A DNA stretch of 64,000 nt from an uncultured Nitrospira sp. (GCA_963746295.1 CAVVAQ010000028.1:1-64000), one strand, 5' to 3'; numbered from the stretch's first letter, positions 41,382 to 51,859 are shown. The notes: generated by a model from the sequence alone, not told the origin. Translations and numbers: made by a program.

Positions 41382-41723
41382 TCAGCCGCCGGAGCGTTTC
41401 GGCCTATAGCCCATCTTCTCCAATACTGTCATGAGCGCGTCACGGTAATCACCCTGAATCTCGATTGCATTATCCCTTACTGTACCGCCTGTTCCAAGCC
41501 TCGCCTTTAACTGCCTGAGAAACTGCTCCTTTTCCTTCTGCGGAAACTGGATCCCCTCTATGACCGTGACAGACTTCCCGCCTCTGCCCTTTCGGTCAAG
41601 CCGGAGAGTCACCTTCTGCTGGGCAGGACGTACGTCTGCATCGGGAAACCTTTCAGCGGGTTTATTCTGCCGGGGAACCGGCTGGTCCGTGGAGTAAACT
41701 AATCTCGATTTTTCGCTGGACAT
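41382..41723 (-). CDS. yciH: SUI1/YciH translation-initiation-factor-like protein
   Basis: LVYSTD, RKGRGGKSVTVI and LK..LGTGGTV....IEIQGD. Confidence 0.92.
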   Translation of the reverse strand: MSSEKSRLVYSTDQPVPRQNKPAERFPDADVRPAQQKVTLRLDRKGRGGKSVTVIEGIQFPQKEKEQFLRQLKARLGTGGTVRDNAIEIQGDYRDALMTVLEKMGYRPKRSGG

Positions 41724-41818
41724 TGCCTTATTTTAGCACAGAGTTTATTTAGCATATAACCATAATCAGGCCCGGCTTTCCTCTCACCGCCCGAGAACTT
41801 CATCATTCGCAAACAATT

Positions 41819-42454
41819 TTATTCTAGCAGACCCGGAAGAAGTTGACTCAGTCCGCCAGCAATAAATTCTACGGCGATGGCAGCCAGGAGCAGCCCCATC
41901 AGGCGCGTTGCGATATTGATTGCCGTTTTGCTCATTACTTTGCTGAGAGGGTTAGCGACAATCAGTGCACCCCATGTCAATAGCGCCACCAGCACGCTAC
42001 TGATAATGATTACGCTTATTTGCAAAGGCTGAAATGACGCATGCGCATAAATTATCACGGTAGATATCGCACCAGGTCCTGCAAGAAGCGGCATAGCGAT
42101 AGGTACTACAGCAATACTCTCCTTCTCCTCGGCCTCTTCCGCCTCTTCCGGGGTCTGTTTGCTCTGGGTATGCTTGGCCTGCATCATGGCAATTGACATC
42201 AACAACAGGAGAATGCCGCCACCCACCTTGAATGAGGCGATGCTTACACCAAAAAAGTTCAAAAGCAATTTGCCTATCAAGGCGGCCACAATCAATATCA
42301 CAGCAACGGTTATACTGGTTGTACGGGCGATACGTCTACGTTCCTGTTCAGTCAAACTGCGCGTAAGACTGACAAAAACAGGAATCACCCCAAGCGGGTT
42401 TACTATCGCCAAAAGGCTCGTAAATATTTTTACGTAACCGGTCCATTCAATCAT
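41819..42454 (-). CDS. marC: MarC/NAAT family membrane protein
   Basis: VNPLG..PVF, AVVPIAMPLLAGPGAI and TRLMGLLLAAIAV. Confidence 0.92.
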   Translation of the reverse strand: MIEWTGYVKIFTSLLAIVNPLGVIPVFVSLTRSLTEQERRRIARTTSITVAVILIVAALIGKLLLNFFGVSIASFKVGGGILLLLMSIAMMQAKHTQSKQTPEEAEEAEEKESIAVVPIAMPLLAGPGAISTVIIYAHASFQPLQISVIIISSVLVALLTWGALIVANPLSKVMSKTAINIATRLMGLLLAAIAVEFIAGGLSQLLPGLLE

Positions 42455-42504
42455 TACTTATATCATTACCTGTTACGAAATGACAGCATCTGTACGATGA
42501 CTGC

Positions 42505-42699
42505 TTATTCATTCCCTTTCGTTTTTTTCCAGAAAGCCAGATCACTTATCATAAGCTTGAGCATCTCAGCGAGTGTCTTTTTCGATACTTCTTTGCACCT
42601 ACAGGTAATTTCGGCGCCCTCTCCTGTCTCCCGCTCATCGAAATTTCTTTTTCGTTCGGCCTTTTGTCATCCGTCAGATTGTCCTGGTTGATGTGTCAT
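42505..42699 (-). pseudogene. Small ORF (64 codons) with in-frame TGA at codon 11
   Basis: SD AAGGAG; reads MTHQPGQSDG*QKAERKRNFDERETGEGAEITCRCKEVSKKTLAEMLKLMISDLAFWKKTKGNE*. Confidence 0.4.
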
Positions 42700-42982
42700 A
42701 TCGCACTCCTTGAATATATTTTACCTGACTGAAACGGAAAGAGATATTCACTATATTCTAACTAGAGGTAAGAATCAAACGAGTGAACGCTGAGGTTCTG
42801 CATGACTGATACTTCGAGACCCAACTCTCCGTGATATCTTTGAGCGACTGCCGGGAAAAAAGCGGAGCACCTGCAGATGCTCAATCGTTAATCTCATTTC
42901 CTTGTATTTACCAGTCTGTGGCGTTGCTTATGGTATTCTTTTCCAGTACAAAAAAATCCGCTTCTTGATAAATTATATACCA

Positions 42983-44810
42983 ATGGCATTTACCGGAGAC
43001 TTAGAAAATTTACATATAGTTGACATCATTCAACTGCTCAATACGACGCGGAAGTCCGGAACGTTTATCTGTTAAGGGAAGCAGGGGCGAAAGCCGGTTC
43101 ATTTTCAGTAACGGGTATATTGTCGGTGCAAGTCATCTCAACAACAGGATCCGCATCGGCACCGTTCTGGTAAAAATGAACGCCATAACCAAAGAAGATC
43201 TCGCGCAGGCGCTGGAAATCCAGAAAAGTGCCGGAAAAAACCGAAAGCCCCTAATTACCACGCTCATCGAACTGGGCAAACTGGGTCGTGACGAAGCTTC
43301 CCGGGGACTGAAGAAACTGATCGAGATGACCCTTGTTGAACTGATAGGCTGGTCGAAGGGGACCTTCACCCTTGATACGGATGCTATCACCGTCTCTCCT
43401 GAATGCAGTTATCCCCTCAGCAAGATGGAACAGGAAATAAGCCTCGATGCCCAGATGATATTAATGGACGCCCTTCGCATCTATGACGAACGGGAACGTG
43501 ACCGCCAGGCCGGGAAAACCGTCCCGTCGGATGAAGAATTATTCGCAGATGTGATCGCATCAGAAGGGTCTGTGGAAAACAGGCAAAAGAGTTCAGTCCT
43601 TACCGCGGACGATCTGGGACTGGCGGATCTCGACCATCTGGAGAGAAAAATACCCCAGTTTGTTCCGGTGGCTGAAATTTTTGATCCCCTCCAGATTCAT
43701 CGTCAAAAAATAAGGGAGACGCTGGCTGATTTTTCGCCTGAAGAGCAGGAGAGCCTTTGTCTCTTTTCTGGAAAAGTCTACGGCACGTATAGGTCGACCT
43801 ATGATGGATCGCAAAGACAGGAAGGCACGGCCAGCGGCCTTATCCTGTTTAGCGAAGACGAACTCATCAAACATTCTGTTATGACCATCTGCAAGGATGA
43901 AGGCGTCCTTGTGTTTGCTACAGACGGAGAAGAGGAACTTGACCGCATCATAGACCAGTGCGTCACAATAAAGGTTTTACCCCTTCTGGTTTTTGACGAC
44001 CCCGAAACACCGGACGGAGCAGCTTTTCACGGAAAAAATTAGCCAGCCTGCGGCAGCAGATAAGAAAGCAATATCCCCATCTTCCCATTATTCAGATGAC
44101 CTCTTTGTCTGGATTACACCTTTACGCTGCAGTCTTTTCATGACGGGATCAGGGCTGTTTTCCCCAAGCCCTCAAAAGAGGCACAAAAAGCAACGTTCAT
44201 TGCAGATACGATAAGATTTCTGGAAACCTTCAAATCTTATATCAAAGGCCTTTTTCATGAGCAGAAAGACCTATTCTGCAGCAGACAACCAACTGAGCAG
44301 ACTCAAAGACCGTATGCTCGCCCTTCGAGACCTTAACGAACCGTCCGCCTGTCCCTTGCTCTTCTTCAGTCTGTCTCTGAAATGTGCGAACGGTCCATTA
44401 CCTTTATTGTCCGTCCGGCAGAGCTCATCGGAGAAAAAGCCATAGGCGTATATGCTGAAAAGAATGCGGGACCGACTTCCGGCTAGCAAGCCTCAAGATC
44501 CCTCTGACAAAATCTTCAGTCTTTCGTGAGTGTGATCGAAAAGGGACAGTTCTTTTATGGAGAAAGTCGACGATGAAATCTTAATGAAACATCTCTTTGA
44601 AGGCGATCGGCGCTCCCCTGAGGCCTGACAATAATCCTTCTTCCTGTGAAGAGCCGCGGAAAGACCGTGACCCTGACATATGGGGATTTCGGCAGGAAAG
44701 AGGCATCAACCCTGCAAAGTGATGTATTGGAAATTCTGGCACATGAGGCCGGTCTGGTTTTGGAAAATTCGCTTTATCGCAAACAGCTCAATAAGGCGTC
44801 TCACAAGTAA
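42983..44810 (+). CDS. DUF4388 (PATAN-like) signalling protein with receiver-like and GAF-like regions, multiple frameshifts
   Basis: MAFTGDLENLHIVDIIQLL...RKSGT start, IGTVLVKM..IT.EDL.QAL..QK and WSKGTF. The GAF-like C-terminus ends LENSLYRKQL...HK*. Confidence 0.75.
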
Positions 44811-44867
44811 CGGCATGAACATCGATTATTGCTAATCACTATATCATTAGAAGAAAGGGAACAAACT

Positions 44868-45936
44868 ATGGACATCGCCACCCTGACACAAATTCTCGAA
44901 ATCGCTTTTGAAAAGAAGGTCTCCGATATCCACTTTGAGGTGGACAATCCCCCCATATTCAGGGCCCGCGGTCACCTGATCCACTCAAAACTGAGTAAGC
45001 TGACACCAAAAGATACCGAATTTATCGCGTCTGCCGTCATGGAACAGCACGGACGGAAGCTGCCTGAACACTTAATGGAATTTGATACTTCTTATACTTT
45101 GTCAAACGTAGGCCGTTTCCGGGTCAGTATCTTCCGTCAGAGAGGCAATATCGGCCTCGTAATGCGTGTCATCCCTCACTATATCGGCACTTTTGAGGAA
45201 CTGAATCTCTCCCCTGTTTTGGGGAATATCGCAAAGGCCCCAAACGGCCTGATCCTTGTCTGCGGGCCCACCGGCAACGGTAAATCCACTACCCTCGCCT
45301 CAATGCTCCGGTATATCAACGACAATTTCAACTACAGTGTTATTACGATCGAAGACCCCATCGAGTATATTTTCCCTTCCAATAAAAGCTGCATTATCCA
45401 GAGAGAAGTGGGTATCGATACGGAGAGTTTCGGCGGGGCCTTAAAAGCAGCCATGCGTATGGACCCCGATGTCATCATGGTCGGAGAAATGCGTGATCTG
45501 GACACGATCGACGCCTGCATTAAAGCTGCCGAGACAGGGCATCTGGTCTTGTCGACCCTGCATACGCATAATGCGGTCTCCACCATCAACCGCATTGTGG
45601 GCTACTTTCCGACCCAGAATCAGGAGAGTGTCCGCCACAGACTGGCAGAGATTCTCGTGGCTACTATTTCCTTGCGGCTCGTGAGAGGAAAAAGCGGCGA
45701 GACCGTTCTGCCTGCCATGGAAATAATGTACTGCGACATCATCCATCAAGGCCTGCATTCGGGACGGTCATCTCGATGAAATTGAACAATACATTGAAAA
45801 AGGTCGCGATGAATATCACATGCAGACCCTGGACCAGCACCTGATTCAACTCTGCAGACAGGAAGTCATTACCCTTGAGGAGGCAAAGCGTATTTCCCGC
45901 TCAACCGACCTGGAGCGAAAACTGATATATTCCTGA
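44868..45936 (+). CDS. pilT: PilT/PilU-family ATPase (frameshift ~45730)
   Basis: SDIHF, RFRVSIFRQRG, GPTGNGKSTT, TIEDPIEY, QREVG.DT, DPDVIMVGEMRD, AAETGHLVLSTLHT and MQTLDQHL. Confidence 0.9.
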
Positions 45937-46051
45937 CAGAACCGCGACAGTCATAATCTCACGTTCTGACCAGGCTGGCTTTGGCAGAAGCATTCCTTCA
46001 TCTGCACAAAGCCGCACAGCATCCGGGAAATGACCGGGCAAAGAGTAAAAA

Positions 46052-46942
46052 CTAATTCCCTCCTGCCACCTGTTTGAGCGCGTTTTCAATAGCCGAAGGC
46101 GCACCTGAAATCTTCATAAACGTCCCCATGGTCAGATCGGGGAAATCAACAGCAATACGGAACTTGCCGTGCAGCATGTAGACCGTGCCATCAGACACGA
46201 TCAGATCATAAGGCAGATGCGCTGTTTGTTTCAATTCGCCGAAATCAACGGTCTTCATGACTGCCATATCAGCACCTTCCCCTTCTTTGATCCCCACGCC
46301 AAAGACTGTCTCCTTCTTACCGGGGATATCGACCCGATAGACTTTAAGAGTTCCGCCCTTTCCGGCTGTAAGATTGCTCTCCACAACCTGGAGGGCCTCG
46401 TCATGGGATTTGTGCCGTGCAAGCACTACCTGATCGTCAAAATAGGGCATCATCACCATGTAATGGTATTTACGGAGTTGTTCGGCCTTAAGTCCTTTTT
46501 TCGATCCAAAAGCCTCTTTCCTGCCGAGTGCCTTCTCCAGTTTTCCTGCAATATCCGCGAGGTCGTCCTTCATTCTGTAAGCCTGAGCCATATAGAGGGG
46601 ATTGGTATAGGAGACCTGAAGGTCCTTTCCCTTTTCAGTAAGGGAAACTCGCTGGATAGCTCCGTACCCCCCGAATTTTGACTTTGACGCGCTGTTTCTG
46701 AGTAAGTCGTTTGTCACAACAACAATGTGCGCTCCCTTGTAAGGCGCATATTCTCCCACTACCTGAAACCCTTCCCGATTAACAGCCGCTTTCACTTCTG
46801 CCAGTTTCGCATCAATATTTCCTGCCCCGCTATAGGAGAGCACAAAAGGTTTCAGTAACGCGTCATCTGCCCGTGAAGAAGAACTGACCGAAACAAGCAT
46901 AATTACAAACAAGAAGAGAAAAAATCCCGCCTTTGAAGTCAT
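46052..46942 (-). CDS. Secreted hypothetical protein
   Basis: Signal peptide, clean 296-aa ORF, SD AGGGAGG. Confidence 0.8.
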   Translation of the reverse strand: MTSKAGFFLFLFVIMLVSVSSSSRADDALLKPFVLSYSGAGNIDAKLAEVKAAVNREGFQVVGEYAPYKGAHIVVVTNDLLRNSASKSKFGGYGAIQRVSLTEKGKDLQVSYTNPLYMAQAYRMKDDLADIAGKLEKALGRKEAFGSKKGLKAEQLRKYHYMVMMPYFDDQVVLARHKSHDEALQVVESNLTAGKGGTLKVYRVDIPGKKETVFGVGIKEGEGADMAVMKTVDFGELKQTAHLPYDLIVSDGTVYMLHGKFRIAVDFPDLTMGTFMKISGAPSAIENALKQVAGGN

Positions 46943-47028
46943 AACCGGTCCTCCCTTTTATGATTCTGATGGTATTTCGAACACAGCCCGCTTCTGCCAA
47001 GGCCGCGATTAAACATCATATAACTGCG

Positions 47029-47457
47029 TTATTTCTTTTTCTTGTCCTTCGTGCAAACAACTTCGTGAAGAGATTCAGCAGTTGACCCGGCCGGGATATC
47101 AGACCATGAGGATGGTTTTGTGAGATCGACGGGTTTACCGTTTTTCAGTATTGCCTTTGCCGAAATACCCCGTAAAGACTTCTTTGAGCAATCAATCTCC
47201 CAGAGCAGTTCAGCCTCCCGGTACTTGCTCTGCTTTTCCGAATAGACCGTCTTCACCAATACCCTGACTACATTGAACGGCATGGTTAGTACACTTTTGG
47301 GGCTATAGAAATATTCTATGCCTTCTTCGTCTATTGCATAGGATATCCATTTCTCCCCGGCAGCCTTCTGAGGTGAAGAAAATGCCGTCCCTGGTCCGGC
47401 AACAACCCAAAGAATAACAAGAGAAAGAAACACCAATATTTTTACTGTTTTTTTCAT
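47029..47457 (-). CDS. Secreted protein, surface-adhesin-E-like
   Basis: Signal peptide; EIDC.KK...W..IPAGS..E.L...VC pattern. Confidence 0.65.
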   Translation of the reverse strand: MKKTVKILVFLSLVILWVVAGPGTAFSSPQKAAGEKWISYAIDEEGIEYFYSPKSVLTMPFNVVRVLVKTVYSEKQSKYREAELLWEIDCSKKSLRGISAKAILKNGKPVDLTKPSSWSDIPAGSTAESLHEVVCTKDKKKK

Positions 47458-47787
47458 AATACTGTCTCCTTATATATCAATTTTATTCTGCATGAAAGCC
47501 CCCACCACTTATATCGAGGGCAGTACAACGTTCACATCTCGTTTCCGACGTTTCCTTTCACTCTGAATAACTGTTCTATAATTTGTTCCCATGAAACAAT
47601 AAAGTTTATCATAAGAAAAACAGTGCAAAAGTGCAACTTAATAGCACAACGAGACGTGAAGTCACGCCGCAAACAGGCTCCATTCAAAACTCACAATAAT
47701 CGCCATGCGTATTTATCCTGAAAATGTTTTACAATATTTAATTATAATTCTTATTACCTAGAGAGTTTGGATATTCTGGAGGATCGG

Positions 47788-48444
47788 ATGGATATAATTC
47801 TAAGCGATACCGAAGCACGCATCCTCGGTTGCCTTATTGAAAAAGAGTTGACTACACCCGAATATTATCCCTTGTCCCTCAATAGCCTTACAAACGCCTG
47901 CAACCAGAAATCTAACCGGAACCCGATTGTTTCCTATGATGAACCAGTTGTTTCACGCGCACTGGACAGCCTTCAGGAAATGGGCCTTGCGCGGGAAACT
48001 CACATGGCAGGGAGCCGGGTCCACAAATATCTGCATACCCTGCTGGATAAATTCGATTTTTCAAGGCATGAATTGGCTGTTCTCTGCGAACTTATGCTCC
48101 GGGGTCCGCAGACTATTGGGGAGATCCGTACCCATACGGAGAGAATGGCGCAGTTTGAGGGACTTATCGAGATCGAAAATACCTTACAGACCCTAATGGA
48201 TTATAATCCGGCAGTCGCCCTGAGGCTGCCGCGCGAGACCGGCAGAAAAGAATGCAGATATATGCATCTTTTTTCAGACAGTATCAGCCGAGAAAAAACA
48301 GTACACGATCTGCCAGCTGGACCTTCAGCGCACCAGGGCACATTGCAGGAGAGGGTCAGCAGACTGGAAGAAGAGAATGAAGAACTCAGAACTGAAATTG
48401 ACGAATTGAAACGGGCCTTCGCTGAATTCAAGTCGCAATTCTGA
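47788..48444 (+). CDS. yceH: YceH (DUF480) family protein
   Basis: EARILGCLIEK..TTPEYYPLSLNSL.NACNQKSNRNP and LMLRGPQT.GE. Confidence 0.93.
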   Translation: MDIILSDTEARILGCLIEKELTTPEYYPLSLNSLTNACNQKSNRNPIVSYDEPVVSRALDSLQEMGLARETHMAGSRVHKYLHTLLDKFDFSRHELAVLCELMLRGPQTIGEIRTHTERMAQFEGLIEIENTLQTLMDYNPAVALRLPRETGRKECRYMHLFSDSISREKTVHDLPAGPSAHQGTLQERVSRLEEENEELRTEIDELKRAFAEFKSQF

Positions 48445-48558
48445 GGCAAATCAGGCTAATTCATAAACGCGTCTCAACAGGCACCAGGATGGTCAGGCAG
48501 AAATTATTATGCACTTTCACCCGGTCTGGCTGGAGAAATTCGCAAGCATTGTCAGAGA

Positions 48559-48969
48559 TCACGTATTCGCTGTCACAAGCAGTCTCTCTCTGTCACGGAA
48601 AAGGACTGCGCATTTCCTGAACAAGGTTTTCTGCACAACGCCTTTTCCGAAGATACCATGGACTATCAGGTCACCCGGATTGTATGATTCCTCCATGTTA
48701 TAGGACAACTCCGGCCCCTTTGCCTCTCCCATCGCAGTTTCCCAGAGGCCCTGGGATGTCGCTAAAGATTTCTGTGCCGGCCCCTTTTTCCCTGATGAAG
48801 CCGCACCTGCCGCGGGCATGCCCCTAAACCTGTGGATGCTCCCGCAGGTTTTGCATCTTACCTTCACTACGGTGCCGCCCACCATGGCAATAATGATATG
48901 CTCAAGTTTAAGTCTGCATCTGGTGCAGTAAGAGTCTATGTCTCCGCCTGTCGTGATCCTGTCAGTCAT
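48559..48969 (-). CDS. Hypothetical protein: Zn-ribbon + Tudor/SH3-like C-domain
   Basis: CTRC...H...CKTCGSIH and YNPGDLIVHGIFGKGVV. Confidence 0.75.
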   Translation of the reverse strand: MTDRITTGGDIDSYCTRCRLKLEHIIIAMVGGTVVKVRCKTCGSIHRFRGMPAAGAASSGKKGPAQKSLATSQGLWETAMGEAKGPELSYNMEESYNPGDLIVHGIFGKGVVQKTLFRKCAVLFRDRERLLVTANT

Positions 48970-49303
48970 CCTGTAAACCCTCTCATTCGTTTGCGCATGT
49001 CTCGCCGCTATGCATTTCTATTCATGGGACTAAGTACCGGGGTGGCAATATCCGGCAGATTCTGAGACATCTGCTTTTAAATAAAAAGCAGATAATTTTA
49101 TAAGGATACCTGTGCAAAAAAAAGAATGTCAAGCACAAAAGCTACCCGGAATGCCTTGTAAACGAAAGTGAACCCGTCTTCCTATCTCAGGTATTTCACC
49201 TGCCTTAGTACATACTTATTATTATTGCATGCGTACTGAAATGGTGCTATTCTTTATTCAAAATCACTAACAGGAATCGTGGCAGATTCCGGGGAGGCTG
49301 GCA

Positions 49304-50119
49304 ATGAAAGGTAAATTTTTGATCATACTGTTCTTCTTTGTACTTATTGTCGGAGGGCTCTTTTTTTACTCATATCGTGTAGCATTCACAAAATCTGAAA
49401 ACTGCAAGGTATGTCATTATATTTCTCCGTTTTATCAAAAATGGCAGACCTCAACGCACAACAAAGTTCCCTGTCTGAAATGTCATGACTATACTCCGAT
49501 AAAGGCGATAGCCGGCCAGTTCATGTTCCTCGCCGGGGCCTACAATCCGCGTCCTCTCACCAATGTGCCTGACAAGAACTGCCTCCAGTCGGGTTGTCAT
49601 GACAAACGCCTGGTCGAATCAAAGGTCCTCTACACAAAAAGGGGTATCAATTTCGACCATAAAAAACATTTCGGGGTTATGAAAAGGAACATATCGCTCC
49701 ACTGCAGAAGCTGCCATTCCGACATTGTCCAGGGCGAACACGTAAAAGTCTCGATGAATGTCTGTTTCCTCTGTCACTTCAAGGGCGTGCCTCATAATCA
49801 GGCTGTTACCGGCTGTCCTTCATGCCATGGAGCGCCCCAGCAGGATATTACCTTCATGGGCAAGACTTTTTCGCATGAAAACGCGTTGAAGGCTGGAACT
49901 GCCTGTGTCCAGTGTCACATCGAAATCACAAAGGGTGATGGCGTCACACCGAAGGACAAATGTTATTTTTGCCATGTGGACAGAGTCGATAAATATAAAG
50001 ATATCAATTTAATACATGAAAAACATGTTACCCAAAAGCAGATAGACTGTTTATGGTGCCATCCGAAAATTGAACATGGCAAGATAAACATGGCTGAAAA
50101 TATATTGTTTTTAAAGTAA
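49304..50119 (+). CDS. Membrane-anchored multiheme cytochrome c (9 heme motifs)
   Basis: N-terminal TM helix; CKVCH, CLKCH, CLQSGCH, CRSCH, CFLCH, CPSCH, CVQCH, CYFCH and CLWCH. Confidence 0.92.
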   Translation: MKGKFLIILFFFVLIVGGLFFYSYRVAFTKSENCKVCHYISPFYQKWQTSTHNKVPCLKCHDYTPIKAIAGQFMFLAGAYNPRPLTNVPDKNCLQSGCHDKRLVESKVLYTKRGINFDHKKHFGVMKRNISLHCRSCHSDIVQGEHVKVSMNVCFLCHFKGVPHNQAVTGCPSCHGAPQQDITFMGKTFSHENALKAGTACVQCHIEITKGDGVTPKDKCYFCHVDRVDKYKDINLIHEKHVTQKQIDCLWCHPKIEHGKINMAENILFLK

Positions 50120-50139
50120 TCTCAAGATAAGCAGAGATA

Positions 50140-50188
50140 AGGACAGGCGAAGGATTTCCCGGTAAACGGGAAATCCTTCGCCTGTCCT
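50140..50188. repeat. Perfect 22-bp inverted repeat (5-nt loop) without U-tract
   Basis: AGGACAGGCGAAGGATTTCCCG-GTAAA-CGGGAAATCCTTCGCCTGTCCT. Confidence 0.9.
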
Positions 50189-50199
50189 GGTTCGGGAAC

Positions 50200-51261
50200 A
50201 TGATTGAAATCGATGGTAGTTATGGTGAAGGCGGAGGACAGATTATACGGACCGCCCTGAGTCTTTCCTGTTTATTTCAGCGGCCTTTCCGGATATTCAA
50301 TATTCGCAAACACCGGAGAAAACCGGGACTTAGGCCACAGCACCTCACCTGCGTAAAGGCAGCACAGCAGATTACCGGTGCTACAGTTAGGGGCGATTAC
50401 AGGGAGTCTGCCGAGCTTTTTTTCTCCCCCGGCAAAGTCCGGTCCGGGTGCTTTTCCTTTGATATCGGGACCGCCGGCTCTACCTCTCTTGTCCTTCAGA
50501 CCCTCATACCGGCGCTCGCCTTTTCCGGTCATGAAACAGCCATTGCTCTCACCGGGGGGACCCATGTACCTTTCAGTCCATCGTTTCATTACCTGTCCAC
50601 TATATTTCTCAGGTTTCTTGAGAAGATAGGAATACGCGTCAGGCTTTCGCTGGAAGCATACGGTTTTTATCCCCGGGGTGGAGGCAGAATACAGGCAGAT
50701 ATATTTCCCGCGGAGAGAATAAATCCGCTCGTTATAACAGACAGAGGAAGTCTTCTGGAACTGTTCGGTCATTCAGGAGTTGGAAACCTTCCCCTTTCGA
50801 TTGCAGAAAGGCAGAGAAACGCATTTCTGAAAAAAATTATGCTGATCCTGAAAAATCTGAGAGAGCCCATGGATATTGATTTGTTGGATGTCAAAACACC
50901 TGGCAAGGGGACCTTCCTGGATATCGCAGCCAGATTCGATCAGTCCATCGCGGGGTTCACTGGTCTGGGAGCAATTGGCAAGAAAGCAGAGATCGTTGGA
51001 GAAGAAGCTGCCGGAGAATATATCACATATTTCAGGACAGATGCGGCCGTCGACAGTCACATGGCCGACCAGATTTGCCTGTATCTTTCCCTCTGCAACA
51101 GGGAATCTTATTTCACCGCCTCGGCCATAACAAGTCACCTGCTGACAAATTTATGGGTTATCGGCTTGTTTCATGAGATCCGCTATTCCCTGAAAGGGGA
51201 ACCAGGAGAAAAAGGGACCCTAAGGATTCAGGGGCTGAAAGACTTTCCCGTCTGTAATTGA
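50200..51261 (+). CDS. rtcA: RNA 3'-terminal phosphate cyclase
   Basis: IDGSYGEGGGQI.RTAL.LS, PGLRPQH, GTAGS, GGTHV, GFYPRGGG and DSHMADQ. Confidence 0.96.
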   Translation: MIEIDGSYGEGGGQIIRTALSLSCLFQRPFRIFNIRKHRRKPGLRPQHLTCVKAAQQITGATVRGDYRESAELFFSPGKVRSGCFSFDIGTAGSTSLVLQTLIPALAFSGHETAIALTGGTHVPFSPSFHYLSTIFLRFLEKIGIRVRLSLEAYGFYPRGGGRIQADIFPAERINPLVITDRGSLLELFGHSGVGNLPLSIAERQRNAFLKKIMLILKNLREPMDIDLLDVKTPGKGTFLDIAARFDQSIAGFTGLGAIGKKAEIVGEEAAGEYITYFRTDAAVDSHMADQICLYLSLCNRESYFTASAITSHLLTNLWVIGLFHEIRYSLKGEPGEKGTLRIQGLKDFPVCN

Positions 51262-51345
51262 TTATTGCGCAGCATCAGGTATATATTGTCATCACCCTGA
51301 TTTTCAGGCAAAATGTACTAACACGCTATTTTTAGGAGGAGATTT

Positions 51346-51783
51346 ATGAAGCTGCCGGAATATGTAACAACAGGCGAAGTACAGAGGGTATGCAAAGAAT
51401 TGAAAATCAGGGACTGGACGAAGCTGAAAGCAGCGAAAGTGCTGCCGAAGGAGGCCGAGATTATTCTGAAGAACGTCAACATTGAAAAGATGAAGATCCC
51501 TCTCGAGGAATTTCGCAGGGGACTCGAGGTAGAGCTTGAGCACGGCACCGTGTTCAGGGATGCCAATGTAACGAACAACCACCCTCTTTTAACCGGCAAG
51601 ATCGTACTGGCACATTTAAAAGAGATGATGGATTATTACGAACGACTTGAAGTGGCGGAACTTGAAGGCGATCTCTTAAAAGCCACCCTTGCCAAAGATA
51701 CGGTAAAAATAAGAAAATATTTCAAACGGCTTGCAGATGCAAGGCGAAATCTGAGCACTGCTGAATCTGCTCAACTGGGATAA
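51346..51783 (+). CDS. DUF5661-like protein
   Basis: EFRRGLEVELEHG...NVTNNHPLLTGKIVLAHLKE..DYY.RL. Confidence 0.75.
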   Translation: MKLPEYVTTGEVQRVCKELKIRDWTKLKAAKVLPKEAEIILKNVNIEKMKIPLEEFRRGLEVELEHGTVFRDANVTNNHPLLTGKIVLAHLKEMMDYYERLEVAELEGDLLKATLAKDTVKIRKYFKRLADARRNLSTAESAQLG

Positions 51784-51859
51784 GATCGTATTTCATGCCT
51801 CATATTTCTGTGGGGAGACTGCTCCGCTGGAAAGACGATGGATTGGGACTGAATAGAGC

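Noticed and set aside
47509..47592. 27-codon basic ORF (MGTNYRTVIQSERKRRKRDVNVVLPSI) on the minus strand
   Set aside because: No SD and too short to support without conservation data.
49069..49093. 10-bp inverted repeat ATCTGCTTTT/AAAAGCAGAT in a divergent promoter region
   Set aside because: Single AT-rich copy that cannot be assigned to a regulator.
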